The notes: generated by a model not told the origin, from the sequence alone. DNA of 64,000 bases from IMGVR_UViG_3300035703_000008:124001-188000; one strand, 5' to 3'. Positions 20,872 to 29,254 are shown, counted from the first letter of the stretch. Program-made: numbers and translations.

Positions 20872-22259
20872 TAGAAATCAAAGATCAAAATGTAGTCATA
20901 GCAGCCATGCCATTGATCGACAGCATGCACGCACCAATGGCGGCACCAGCTGTGCTGAAAGCATCTCTATCTCGTGCCGGCATCAAGTCTACAGCGTTAG
21001 ATCTAAATATTGAAGTATTAGTCAAAGTCCGATCCCACCATGAAGAAAAAGCCATTAGAAAATTCTTCAACAAACAGGAAGCAGAGGACTGGATAGTACA
21101 CGAAATATCCAAGATATTGTTATATTGTGCCAATCGAATTACTGCATTGAAACCCACAGTGATTGCATTGAGTTTGTTGACATTCCAGGCTCAAAATTTT
21201 ACTTTATGGTTATGCCTTTTGTTGCGCCAACTTTGCCCGGATGCAAGAATAGTAATCGGCGGCCCTGGAATAAAAAACCTAGTGGCTAACTTTGATGATA
21301 AGTTCCGAGATCTAGCATTGGAAAAAGGATTGATCGATCATTATATCACCGGAGATGGCGATCAAGCATTGATAGAATATGTAAAAGGCAATTATGACTT
21401 TCCCGGTATCAACACAGACCATTGGGAACCAGTCAAAGATTTAGATTCGTTACCGTATCCAGATTGGTCCGATTATAATTTTTATCTTTATTCGCAAACC
21501 TACATGCCTTTGGTTGATGCCAAAGGCTGCGTGAGAAACTGTGAATTTTGTGATATCATTGAGTTTTGGGAAAAATTCCAGGCTAGAAAAGCTGAAAATA
21601 TTTTCAAAGAAATGTTACATCAGATATCTCAATACGGCTATCGAGATTTTGATTTCAGAAGTAGTTTATCAAACGGCAATCTCAAAGAGTTCAAAAAATT
21701 GCTATCTCTGATGTATGAGTATAATCTATCTAAACCTTACAGACCAGAACAGATTAGCTGGAATGCATCATTTATAGTCAGACAAAAGAGTCAACACCCA
21801 GAATCGATGTGGCAACAAATGGGAGCTACTCATGCTACATTGAGTCTAGGCGTAGAAAGTGTGGTGCCTCACATCAGGCAGGATCTGGGTAAACACTTTG
21901 AAAACGAAGACATCGACTGGCACCTTGAAATGGCTAAAAAATACAATGTCAAGATTATCATGATGATCATCACCGGCTATCCAACTGAAACAAGAGAAGA
22001 TTGGGAATTTACCAAGCAATGGTTCAGAGATCGAGCTCAATATAAAGATATCATGACACGTCTTTTTTTGACCCCGGCTGGCATTTTACCCGGAACTGGC
22101 TTGCATAGGAATTCTGAATCGCATGGTATTATATGGATCGGGAAACCCAATATTGGAAATTGGCAAACTAAAAATATAGGCCGCGAAGAAAGACTAGAGT
22201 ATCATTCAGAATTGGTTTTATTGTGCAAAGATCTAGGATTCAATCTCGATGCTTACTAA
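20868..22259 (+). CDS. Cobalamin-binding radical SAM protein
   Basis: N-terminal B12-binding-like domain (IVIGGP, GDGD), KGCVRNCEFC CxxxCxxC, GVES, ITGYPTETREDW. Confidence 0.85.
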   Translation: MIEIKDQNVVIAAMPLIDSMHAPMAAPAVLKASLSRAGIKSTALDLNIEVLVKVRSHHEEKAIRKFFNKQEAEDWIVHEISKILLYCANRITALKPTVIALSLLTFQAQNFTLWLCLLLRQLCPDARIVIGGPGIKNLVANFDDKFRDLALEKGLIDHYITGDGDQALIEYVKGNYDFPGINTDHWEPVKDLDSLPYPDWSDYNFYLYSQTYMPLVDAKGCVRNCEFCDIIEFWEKFQARKAENIFKEMLHQISQYGYRDFDFRSSLSNGNLKEFKKLLSLMYEYNLSKPYRPEQISWNASFIVRQKSQHPESMWQQMGATHATLSLGVESVVPHIRQDLGKHFENEDIDWHLEMAKKYNVKIIMMIITGYPTETREDWEFTKQWFRDRAQYKDIMTRLFLTPAGILPGTGLHRNSESHGIIWIGKPNIGNWQTKNIGREERLEYHSELVLLCKDLGFNLDAY

Positions 22260-22653
22260 TAATCTGACATTGACGTTCTGTTCCGAGAAGCGGTCTCATG
22301 ATCTAGCTATAACGCTGAAAGATCGGAATAATACAATAATCAATACGATTACATTTGAAGACGATACAAAGAAATCAACAACATTCGATTTATCGTTTCC
22401 TAATACATTGAAAATCAAACTAACAAATGCCGCAGATGGTAATTTTTCAGTGCATCTCGAAAGTGTGAAATTATCTGGATTATACCTGACAGATCAAATC
22501 CTTGATCAGATATGTCATGTACACTTTCTGGATTCAGATACCACATTGGTATCGCGGACATGGAATCAGTCTGGCGTAATATCGATTGACTTCTTTGCGG
22601 CTGATTGGATACAATATCATTTACTATACGGAAACAAGATTACTAAGTCATGA
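22249..22653 (+). CDS. Hypothetical protein
   Basis: 134 aa, overlaps both neighbours, AT-rich like the radical SAM gene. Confidence 0.6.
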   Translation: MLTNNLTLTFCSEKRSHDLAITLKDRNNTIINTITFEDDTKKSTTFDLSFPNTLKIKLTNAADGNFSVHLESVKLSGLYLTDQILDQICHVHFLDSDTTLVSRTWNQSGVISIDFFAADWIQYHLLYGNKITKS

Positions 22654-24413
22654 TCCAGATCAAAGACCTTACAGTCAAAAACTTTATGAGCGTAGGCAAT
22701 GCCACACAGGCCGTCAACTTTGATCGAAAAGATCTCACCTTGGTACTGGGCGAAAACTTGGATCTCGGTGGCGATGGTAGCAGGAACGGCACGGGCAAAA
22801 CCACAATCATCAATGCTCTTTCGTATGCCCTATACGGACAAGCCTTGACTAACATCCGACGAGATAATCTCATCAACAAGACCAATGGCAAAAACATGTT
22901 GGTGAGTTTGGACTTCTCTGTGAACAGTCAGGACTATCGTGTGGAACGAGGCCGTAAGCCAAACATCCTCAAATTTTATGTCAATTCAGAAGAAAAACAA
23001 GCGTCCGACGACAGCCAAGGTGACAGTCGTGAAACACAGGATGCCATAGAATCTGTGCTGGGTATGACGCACGATATGTTCCGGCATATCTTGGCCCTCA
23101 ATACCTACACTGAACCATTCCTAAGCCTCAAGGCCAATGACCAGCGTGCCATCATCGAGCAACTGCTAGGTATCACGCTACTAAGTGAGCGTGCCGAAAA
23201 GATCAAAGAACTCAATCGTGCCACCCGAGATGCCATCGCACAAGAAGAATTCCGTATCCGTGCTGTGCAGGAAGCCAATGTCAGGATCGAAGAGCAGATC
23301 GTTAGTCTAGAAAAGCGCCGTGACCTTTGGCTACGGAAACAACGAGAAGATTGTGCCAATCTAGAATCAGCTATATCCGCGCTGGAGCACATCGATATCG
23401 AAGCCGAAGTACAGGCACACCGAGATTTAGAACTGTTCCACAGTCGCAAGAAACAGATCGACGAGCATCAGAAGTGGGTGCGACAAATCGATCTCGACGA
23501 CGCCAAGCTAGAAAAAGATCAAGCCAAGCTACAGCGAGACATTGATGCGCTGCGAGAACATCGTTGCCATGCCTGTGGACAAGAATTGCACGATAGCAAG
23601 CAAGACGAAATCCTGGCCGAGAAACAAAAGAACTTGCAAGAGATCGTGCTGCAACTCTTGGCCAACAGCACCCAGAGGATCGAACATCTCAACGAGATCA
23701 GCGACCTTGGCGAACTTGGTGCAGCACCGCAGGTATTCTACGACGATCTTGAACAAGCACTGGGGCATAAAAACAGCATCGATGGCCTGCGTCGAGATCT
23801 TGCTAATCGACAGGCCGAAACTGATCCATACACCGAACAAATCGCCGACATGCGCGGTCAAGCCTTGCAAGAGGTCACTTATGACACACTCAATGAACTC
23901 ACAAGGGTACAGGAACACCAAGACTTCTTGCTCAAGCTCTTGACCAACAAGGATTCGTTTGTACGCAAGAAGATCATTGATCAGAATCTTTCTTATCTCA
24001 ATGCCCGACTCACTCACTATCTAGATCGGATCGGTCTTCCGCACCAAGTGGCTTTCCAAAACGATCTCTCCGTGGAAATCACTGAACTGGGCAGGGATCT
24101 AGACTTTGACAACCTCAGTCGTGGCGAGCGTAACCGTCTCATACTCTCCATGTCATGGGCATTCCGAGATGTTTGGGAAAGCCTGTATTCGCCCATCAAT
24201 GTACTGTTCATCGACGAACTCATCGATTCGGGCATGGACACAGCCGGCATGGAATCCAGCCTAGCTCTTTTGAAGAAGATGAGCCGAGAAAGAAACAAAA
24301 GCATTTGGCTGGTGAGCCATCGCGACGAGTTGGCTGGGCGTGTAGGTAACATCCTGCGCGTGGTCAAAGAAAACGGTTTTACTTCCTATAACATAGACGT
24401 GGACATCGCATGA
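22650..24413 (+). CDS. Recombination ATPase subunit, gp46/Rad50/SbcC-like
   Basis: Walker A NGTGKTT, zinc hook CHAC, signature LSRGE, Walker B LFIDE, SH motif. Confidence 0.93.
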   Translation: MIQIKDLTVKNFMSVGNATQAVNFDRKDLTLVLGENLDLGGDGSRNGTGKTTIINALSYALYGQALTNIRRDNLINKTNGKNMLVSLDFSVNSQDYRVERGRKPNILKFYVNSEEKQASDDSQGDSRETQDAIESVLGMTHDMFRHILALNTYTEPFLSLKANDQRAIIEQLLGITLLSERAEKIKELNRATRDAIAQEEFRIRAVQEANVRIEEQIVSLEKRRDLWLRKQREDCANLESAISALEHIDIEAEVQAHRDLELFHSRKKQIDEHQKWVRQIDLDDAKLEKDQAKLQRDIDALREHRCHACGQELHDSKQDEILAEKQKNLQEIVLQLLANSTQRIEHLNEISDLGELGAAPQVFYDDLEQALGHKNSIDGLRRDLANRQAETDPYTEQIADMRGQALQEVTYDTLNELTRVQEHQDFLLKLLTNKDSFVRKKIIDQNLSYLNARLTHYLDRIGLPHQVAFQNDLSVEITELGRDLDFDNLSRGERNRLILSMSWAFRDVWESLYSPINVLFIDELIDSGMDTAGMESSLALLKKMSRERNKSIWLVSHRDELAGRVGNILRVVKENGFTSYNIDVDIA

Positions 24414-24973
24414 AATACATGATCACCGGTGGTAACTCAGGGCTAGGAGCCATACTATGTCAACGATTCGATGGCGACAGTTACAGTCGAGTCAATGGTT
24501 ACGACATCGGCAAAGACTATCACAAACTCGCTGGCATCAGCATGGACTACGATGTGTTCATCAACAATGCCTATGACGGAGTACTAGGCGAGAGCTGGCA
24601 TGGTGTTGGTCAGACACGCTTGCTACACGAAGTGGCCATGACATGGCAATGCCACAACAAAACCGGATTCATCATCAACATTGGTGGAGTAGGCAGTGAG
24701 GATTTGTCAGCACCGTTTCCTGGGTGGGAAAGCTATAATTCCAATAAACGAGCTCTCAAACACATGAGCTTACAGTGGACCCAGGCATTTAAAAACTCCC
24801 AAGTCAAGTTCCGCACGAGCTTGCTAACTATAGATCGACTGGATAAAAACAGCATCAACGACGGACACGATCTCAACAACATCGCTGATATGATTGAATT
24901 GTGTCTGAACGTTCGTGCCAACACCTGCATCGGAGAAATCAAGGCGTGGGTTAATTTGGATCATAAACAGTAA
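24410..24973 (+). CDS. Short-chain dehydrogenase/reductase-like protein
   Basis: ITGGNSGLG, DVFINNA, IINIG, YxxxK (YNSNK). Confidence 0.8.
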   Translation: MKYMITGGNSGLGAILCQRFDGDSYSRVNGYDIGKDYHKLAGISMDYDVFINNAYDGVLGESWHGVGQTRLLHEVAMTWQCHNKTGFIINIGGVGSEDLSAPFPGWESYNSNKRALKHMSLQWTQAFKNSQVKFRTSLLTIDRLDKNSINDGHDLNNIADMIELCLNVRANTCIGEIKAWVNLDHKQ

Positions 24974-24988
24974 TATCAACGCAACAAT

Positions 24989-25507
24989 ATGCCATCACCA
25001 AGCAAAGCCAAAGGCAACTCGTTTGAACGACAAACTGCAGATTTTCTCACCAATCTCTACGGCGAAAAGTTCATGCGGGTGCCGGGCAGCGGTGCGTACA
25101 TTGGTGGCAAAAACACACACCGCAAGCAGTTCCTACACGAAGGCCAGATACGCAGTTTCAAAGGGGATATCATCCCCGGCGAAAGTTTTCCGCGTTTCAA
25201 TGCCGAGTGCAAATCCTACAAAGACTTTCCTTTCCATCAACTTTTTTCTGGCTCAGTTAAGATCCTGGACTCATGGATTGATCAATGCGTGGATGTCGCC
25301 GACGACGGTGACTTCAACATCATATTCATGAAGTTCAACAGAAAAGGCACCTTCGTAGCCGTTCAGGCCCAGCCCAACACTTCCCAACTAATTTTTACTC
25401 GGCATTTCAACTACACTTCCGGGCTTCGCGGACATTGGATGATCATGGATCATGACATGTTCTGGGAGCTCAACTCTGACACAGTCAAGGCAATCTGCAA
25501 GGCATAA
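24989..25507 (+). CDS. Holliday junction resolvase-like PD-(D/E)xK nuclease
   Basis: SKAKGNSFER...RVPGSGA...GDII...ECK pattern of Hjc-like resolvases. Confidence 0.75.
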   Translation: MPSPSKAKGNSFERQTADFLTNLYGEKFMRVPGSGAYIGGKNTHRKQFLHEGQIRSFKGDIIPGESFPRFNAECKSYKDFPFHQLFSGSVKILDSWIDQCVDVADDGDFNIIFMKFNRKGTFVAVQAQPNTSQLIFTRHFNYTSGLRGHWMIMDHDMFWELNSDTVKAICKA

Positions 25508-25509
25508 CA

Positions 25510-25964
25510 GGCAGTAAGGGCTCGCACAGGCCGATTTCTTGTGCCCTAGACCTGGACTTCGAGTCGCAGGGATGGAAGACCCACCGCGCCAGTGGGCACT
25601 CAACCACTACCCGCAAGGATGAAGATGGCAAAGACCTGCCGTTTGGTTGTTTGAACAGGATATAAAAGGCCCAATGAGGGGAGCAAAACCCCAGGCACAT
25701 GCGTGGTGACGGCGTACTACACATGTGTTGCCGTTGTGATAAGACGGAGTGAGCAGGTACCGGACAACCGCCTGCTTGGAACAAGTGCGTTCCGTAGCTC
25801 TAACGCTGTGTGACTGTGCAACTCGGATGATACCAGTTTTTTCTTAGCCCTTTGCTGGGCTAAGTGTGACCGCTTAATCTGGATGATACTGATATCTCGC
25901 TTGCGCTCGAAATAAATCAGTGATGAGCGCAAGCGAAATCACTAGAACTGCGCAGCAGTTCTCT
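25510..25964 (+). ncRNA. Candidate large structured non-coding RNA (~455 nt), family not recognised
   Basis: Largest intergenic gap in a tightly packed genome; about 14 consecutive stems with G-U pairs on the + strand, a GCAA tetraloop and a duplicated hairpin module. Confidence 0.7.
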
Positions 25965-25970
25965 TAAATA
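25965..25970 (+). promoter_or_regulatory. Late promoter TAAATA, 6 nt before ATG
   Basis: TAAATA-GATCCT-ATG, no SD. Confidence 0.65.
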
Positions 25971-25976
25971 GATCCT

Positions 25977-27230
25977 ATGAACGTTGACAAAAGCACTTTC
26001 TGTGCTGCTCCTTGGTTCCAAATCAAAAATACCACGCTTGGAAGTTACTGTAGCTGTTGCGAGATAGACCACGACAAAAGCACTTTCTCGGGCAACAAAG
26101 ATTTCGCTTGGCCCACGCATCTACCATCGCACTGGAACAACAGCGATTATGCTCGATACCTTAGGTCTGAGCTCACCAATGGTGTGCGTCTCCCCGAATG
26201 TCACAAGTGTTGGAGCAAAGAAGATGCTGGACAACAAAGTCTTCGACAAACTATCAATGACACCGTGGCTGGCAATCGACCTTTTGAATCTAGTTGGATG
26301 CAATCCTACTTTAGAAAAAAGCAAGATTACGAACATGATTTACTTTTGGCTGCCGATGTACAGGTCACCAATCTTTGCAACTTTGGCTGTGTGATGTGTG
26401 AGCCGGGTAGCAGCAGCCATCTCTATCGAAGATGGCGGAGAGATCAGGACCATCCGTTGATAAAAAAACAGTTGATGATCTTCCCCAACGGCTATCTTGA
26501 TCAGGTGAAAGAAACATACATCAACAGAAACAACTACGAGCTACTGCAACACGTGATAGATCAATCTCCGCGGTACTTGAAGATCATAGGCGGTGAGCCT
26601 TTGTTGGATCAGCAGTTGATGTCTGTGTTGTGCAATCAGCTTCCCGAAGTCAAATCAAAAATCAAACTTTACATCACTACCAATGGGAGCCAAGATCTCT
26701 GCCACGCACAACAACGGTTGTCGGGTTACCAGGAAATTTTTTGGGTAGTCAGTCTAGAGTCCACGGGCAAACTGCAGGACTATGTGAGAAAAGGCAGCGT
26801 ATGGTCCGAGATCGAGCACAACATTGACAGGTTTGTAAGCGAACACAGCAGTCAACACCTTTACATAGCCTATGTGATACAGAGTCTCACATTGGCTGGG
26901 CTGCCAACATTGTTGGAATGGGCCCAGCAACGCAACATTCCAGTGGCTACCAGTTTGCTGGCCAAACCTGAATTCATGGATGTTAGATCGTTGCCCACGG
27001 AGATGAAATCAAAGTTGATTGATCAATTGTCGCAGGCAACAAAGTATTCGATACCGCTGGAGATACAAAATCCAGCATCTGTCAATATTGCAGGGTTGTG
27101 CGAGCTCATCGGGCGCACCCAGTACGATAGATCTGCCATGTTGGATCTACGAGAGTGGTTGGATTGGTACGATCCCGACCAGCAATGGCGAGACATCATT
27201 CCCGAGTGGGCACCATATTTCTCGGAGTAA
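25977..27230 (+). CDS. Radical SAM protein with N-terminal SPASM/twitch-like Cys cluster
   Basis: FCAAPW..CSCC..ECHKCW..E, NLCNFGCVMC, GGEP, TTNG. Confidence 0.85.
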   Translation: MNVDKSTFCAAPWFQIKNTTLGSYCSCCEIDHDKSTFSGNKDFAWPTHLPSHWNNSDYARYLRSELTNGVRLPECHKCWSKEDAGQQSLRQTINDTVAGNRPFESSWMQSYFRKKQDYEHDLLLAADVQVTNLCNFGCVMCEPGSSSHLYRRWRRDQDHPLIKKQLMIFPNGYLDQVKETYINRNNYELLQHVIDQSPRYLKIIGGEPLLDQQLMSVLCNQLPEVKSKIKLYITTNGSQDLCHAQQRLSGYQEIFWVVSLESTGKLQDYVRKGSVWSEIEHNIDRFVSEHSSQHLYIAYVIQSLTLAGLPTLLEWAQQRNIPVATSLLAKPEFMDVRSLPTEMKSKLIDQLSQATKYSIPLEIQNPASVNIAGLCELIGRTQYDRSAMLDLREWLDWYDPDQQWRDIIPEWAPYFSE

Positions 27231-27755
27231 TCAGTCATAGTCAACGAGACTGACCAGCGCGATACCTTGCTCGGTGACACGGCGTCGACCAGGCAAGAAA
27301 TCTAGATTGGCGATCACGCCGGCTGCGAGATGATCCACGGCAAAGTGTTGTCTCAAGATTGATGCCACAGCCAGCACGGTACCGCCAGTGGCGATCACGT
27401 CATCGACGATGAAAGGACGATCGCCGATCTGCGCTGATTGTTGAATTTCAATGGTGTCTGAGCTGTATTCAGTGTCGTAATCGGCTGAATATACAGCTCC
27501 GGGTAACTTGCCTTTTTTGCGAGCCAGCACCAAGGGAAATCCGTGTGTGCGTGCCAGGATAGCACCCATGACGAACCCACGGCTTTCAACAGCCACGATG
27601 CTGGTAGCACGATGTGCTTTCACATATTTTGACATCTCGGTGCAGCAATGATCCAGCACATGTGGCGTGTTGAACACTTGATTGAGATCGAGGAAATCAA
27701 CACCTTTTTTTGGCCAGTCTTTTACTGTGAGTATGTTGTCTCTGATGTTGATCAT
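27231..27755 (-). CDS. apt: Adenine phosphoribosyltransferase
   Basis: DWPKKGVDFLD, ESRGF, ARKKGKLPG, EYS, PRPP-binding IVDDVIATGGT; start placed at the ATG overlapping the upstream stop. Confidence 0.9.
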   Translation of the reverse strand: MINIRDNILTVKDWPKKGVDFLDLNQVFNTPHVLDHCCTEMSKYVKAHRATSIVAVESRGFVMGAILARTHGFPLVLARKKGKLPGAVYSADYDTEYSSDTIEIQQSAQIGDRPFIVDDVIATGGTVLAVASILRQHFAVDHLAAGVIANLDFLPGRRRVTEQGIALVSLVDYD

Positions 27756-28084
27756 AGTTGGTCGGGCCAATCTCTGAAAAGTGCATGCTGGATGTCACCG
27801 GCAACAAACTGGTTGAAACTTTTGTGTTTGGTCTCGAGCTCGCCTTCTTGTGGCACCACTCTGCGGAAAGCATCATCCATTTGGGCCATGTTTTTGAACT
27901 CCATGAGGATCATCCATTCGGGCATGTCTGCGATTGAGCGGAAGCCCATCTTGCAGCGTGTGATACGATAACTTTCCATCCGTCCTTCAGAGACCAAATG
28001 ATCAAAGAAACTACGCATGCCGTTGACCCAGTCCAGGTCAGATATGTCGCCTTCTTTGTTGGCCCATATAGTGTAAAGATCCAT
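27752..28084 (-). CDS. DUF6614-like small ferredoxin-fold protein
   Basis: MDLYTIW..., YRITRCKMGF, EW.I.MEF..MAQMDDAF, ALFRDWPD pattern recalled from DUF6614 proteins. Confidence 0.55.
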   Translation of the reverse strand: MDLYTIWANKEGDISDLDWVNGMRSFFDHLVSEGRMESYRITRCKMGFRSIADMPEWMILMEFKNMAQMDDAFRRVVPQEGELETKHKSFNQFVAGDIQHALFRDWPDQL

Positions 28085-28518
28085 TATTTCAGTGGTCCTA
28101 ATATTTCAAATCCCTGTATGTCAAGCATATAGGGTTCTACCGATTCAAAGTACATGAATCGATAACCGCGATCACGATAGATCGCGCACTCGTTTTCCAA
28201 ACTTCGTATGCCCAGCCTTAACCGGGGATTTCGATAGTCCCAGGCAAAGTGATCGCTGAGTATGCTTTCTGCGTCCCAGATGCGATACATGCTCCAGGCC
28301 ACCAAGTGATCCCGATCATAATAACCAATCAATTCAGTGTTGGGTGCAGTGAGTCGCCCAGGTACCATGGGCATCACGCTCTGGAAATGCTTGTGGACGC
28401 AGTAGTCTCGGTACACTCGTTGCACATCGTTCACGGGCACTGGGTCTAGGATCTGTGCCGGGATGTCGTTGACATAGTGCGTGTCCTGGAGATTGATGCG
28501 ACCAAACTGCCAGCTCAT
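28084..28518 (-). CDS. GNAT-fold protein resembling the C-terminal domain of Arg/Leu-tRNA-protein transferases (ATE1/Bpt)
   Basis: GYYD.D.LVAWS, FAWDY...RLRLGI.SL..EC...R..GY.FMY resembles ATE_C YDP....SLG....L.EI......G..Y.YLG. Confidence 0.55.
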   Translation of the reverse strand: MSWQFGRINLQDTHYVNDIPAQILDPVPVNDVQRVYRDYCVHKHFQSVMPMVPGRLTAPNTELIGYYDRDHLVAWSMYRIWDAESILSDHFAWDYRNPRLRLGIRSLENECAIYRDRGYRFMYFESVEPYMLDIQGFEILGPLK

Positions 28519-29012
28519 GATCTGGGATCCTCTCGACCTTCAAACAGCACCGCAAGATAGTCTTCGGACCACCCATCGTAGTAACCTTTGGCAGCGATGA
28601 GTCGTGCAAAGTCGTTGAGTTTTGACAAAGGTTGTACAAAAGTGATGGCCCAGGTGCCTTGATTCATGCACACCCCGTTGATCTCTTCGTGATCGTCGGG
28701 GTGATCTGCCAGCGCGATGATGTCGCGACCGAGTAAAAAACCTGTGTTGAGCTCGCGCACCTGGCGATTGAATTCATCGGCGGTGAAATCTTTGGGATCA
28801 TAGATGTAACCAATCACCATGAATTCACCAAGATCGATCTTTTGTAGATCGGTATAGGGATCAATGATGCCTGGCCGTAGATCCAGTTGGCGATCTAGTC
28901 TAGCTTTCCGAGCATACGGACACGGCGGCCAGCCTTGGAGTCCGGGATTGGGCTGCTCAACGAACCCGGTGATCCAGTTTAAAACATCTTGTTTGGCTTG
29001 TACGAAATCCAT
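28515..29012 (-). CDS. DUF1415-like protein
   Basis: W...FVE.P......PCPYARKA, ADHPD motifs. Confidence 0.5.
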   Translation of the reverse strand: MDFVQAKQDVLNWITGFVEQPNPGLQGWPPCPYARKARLDRQLDLRPGIIDPYTDLQKIDLGEFMVIGYIYDPKDFTADEFNRQVRELNTGFLLGRDIIALADHPDDHEEINGVCMNQGTWAITFVQPLSKLNDFARLIAAKGYYDGWSEDYLAVLFEGREDPRS

Positions 29013-29014
29013 GA

Positions 29015-29254
29015 TTAGAAAAACGGCAGTCCTGATTTTTTAGTGGTATCGAGATTTTCCTTGATGATACCATTGACTATGTCGCGATCGCTCCAGCTCA
29101 TCTGCATGGCTTCGCTGATAGTGACGCCTCCGCGCATGAACCAACACAATTTCAGCGTCTCGGTCTTGATCGCTTTGGCCTCCTTTTCCAGTCGTTCTAT
29201 GTACTTGACCACGCCCGCGGGGTCTAGGATCAGGAGGCGGCTTCGAAAAAATTT
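29015..29254 (-). CDS. gp51-like baseplate/tail assembly chaperone ORF, probably reached by -1 frameshift from the gp26-like gene
   Basis: -1 frame open through the slippery site; LCWFMRGG.T..EAM.MS..DR..IIKENL.TTKKSGLPFF; no convincing SD/start of its own. Confidence 0.65.
   Translation of the reverse strand, partial: KFFRSRLLILDPAGVVKYIERLEKEAKAIKTETLKLCWFMRGGVTISEAMQMSWSDRDIVNGIIKENLDTTKKSGLPFF

Noticed and set aside
25808-25889. CRISPR or TIGR array
   Set aside because: Only two units, the variable parts form stems, and no Cas or Nop-domain gene is recognisable in the window
25815-25889. Short resemblance to 16S rRNA loops (TGCAACTCG; TTAAT..GATGATAC)
   Set aside because: Matches too short; likely a shared loop motif or chance rather than an rRNA fragment
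25510-25964. tmRNA, RNase P RNA, tRNA or group I/II intron identity for the structured region
   Set aside because: No tRNA-like ends or TTCRA..CCA, no GAGGAAAGTCC, no recognisable P7 or domain V, and flanking genes are intact; by eye only, cmscan needed
25388-26120. Short minus-strand ORFs across the candidate RNA
   Set aside because: Mutually overlapping, non-protein-like composition, no SD or promoter; stem density is better explained by structure
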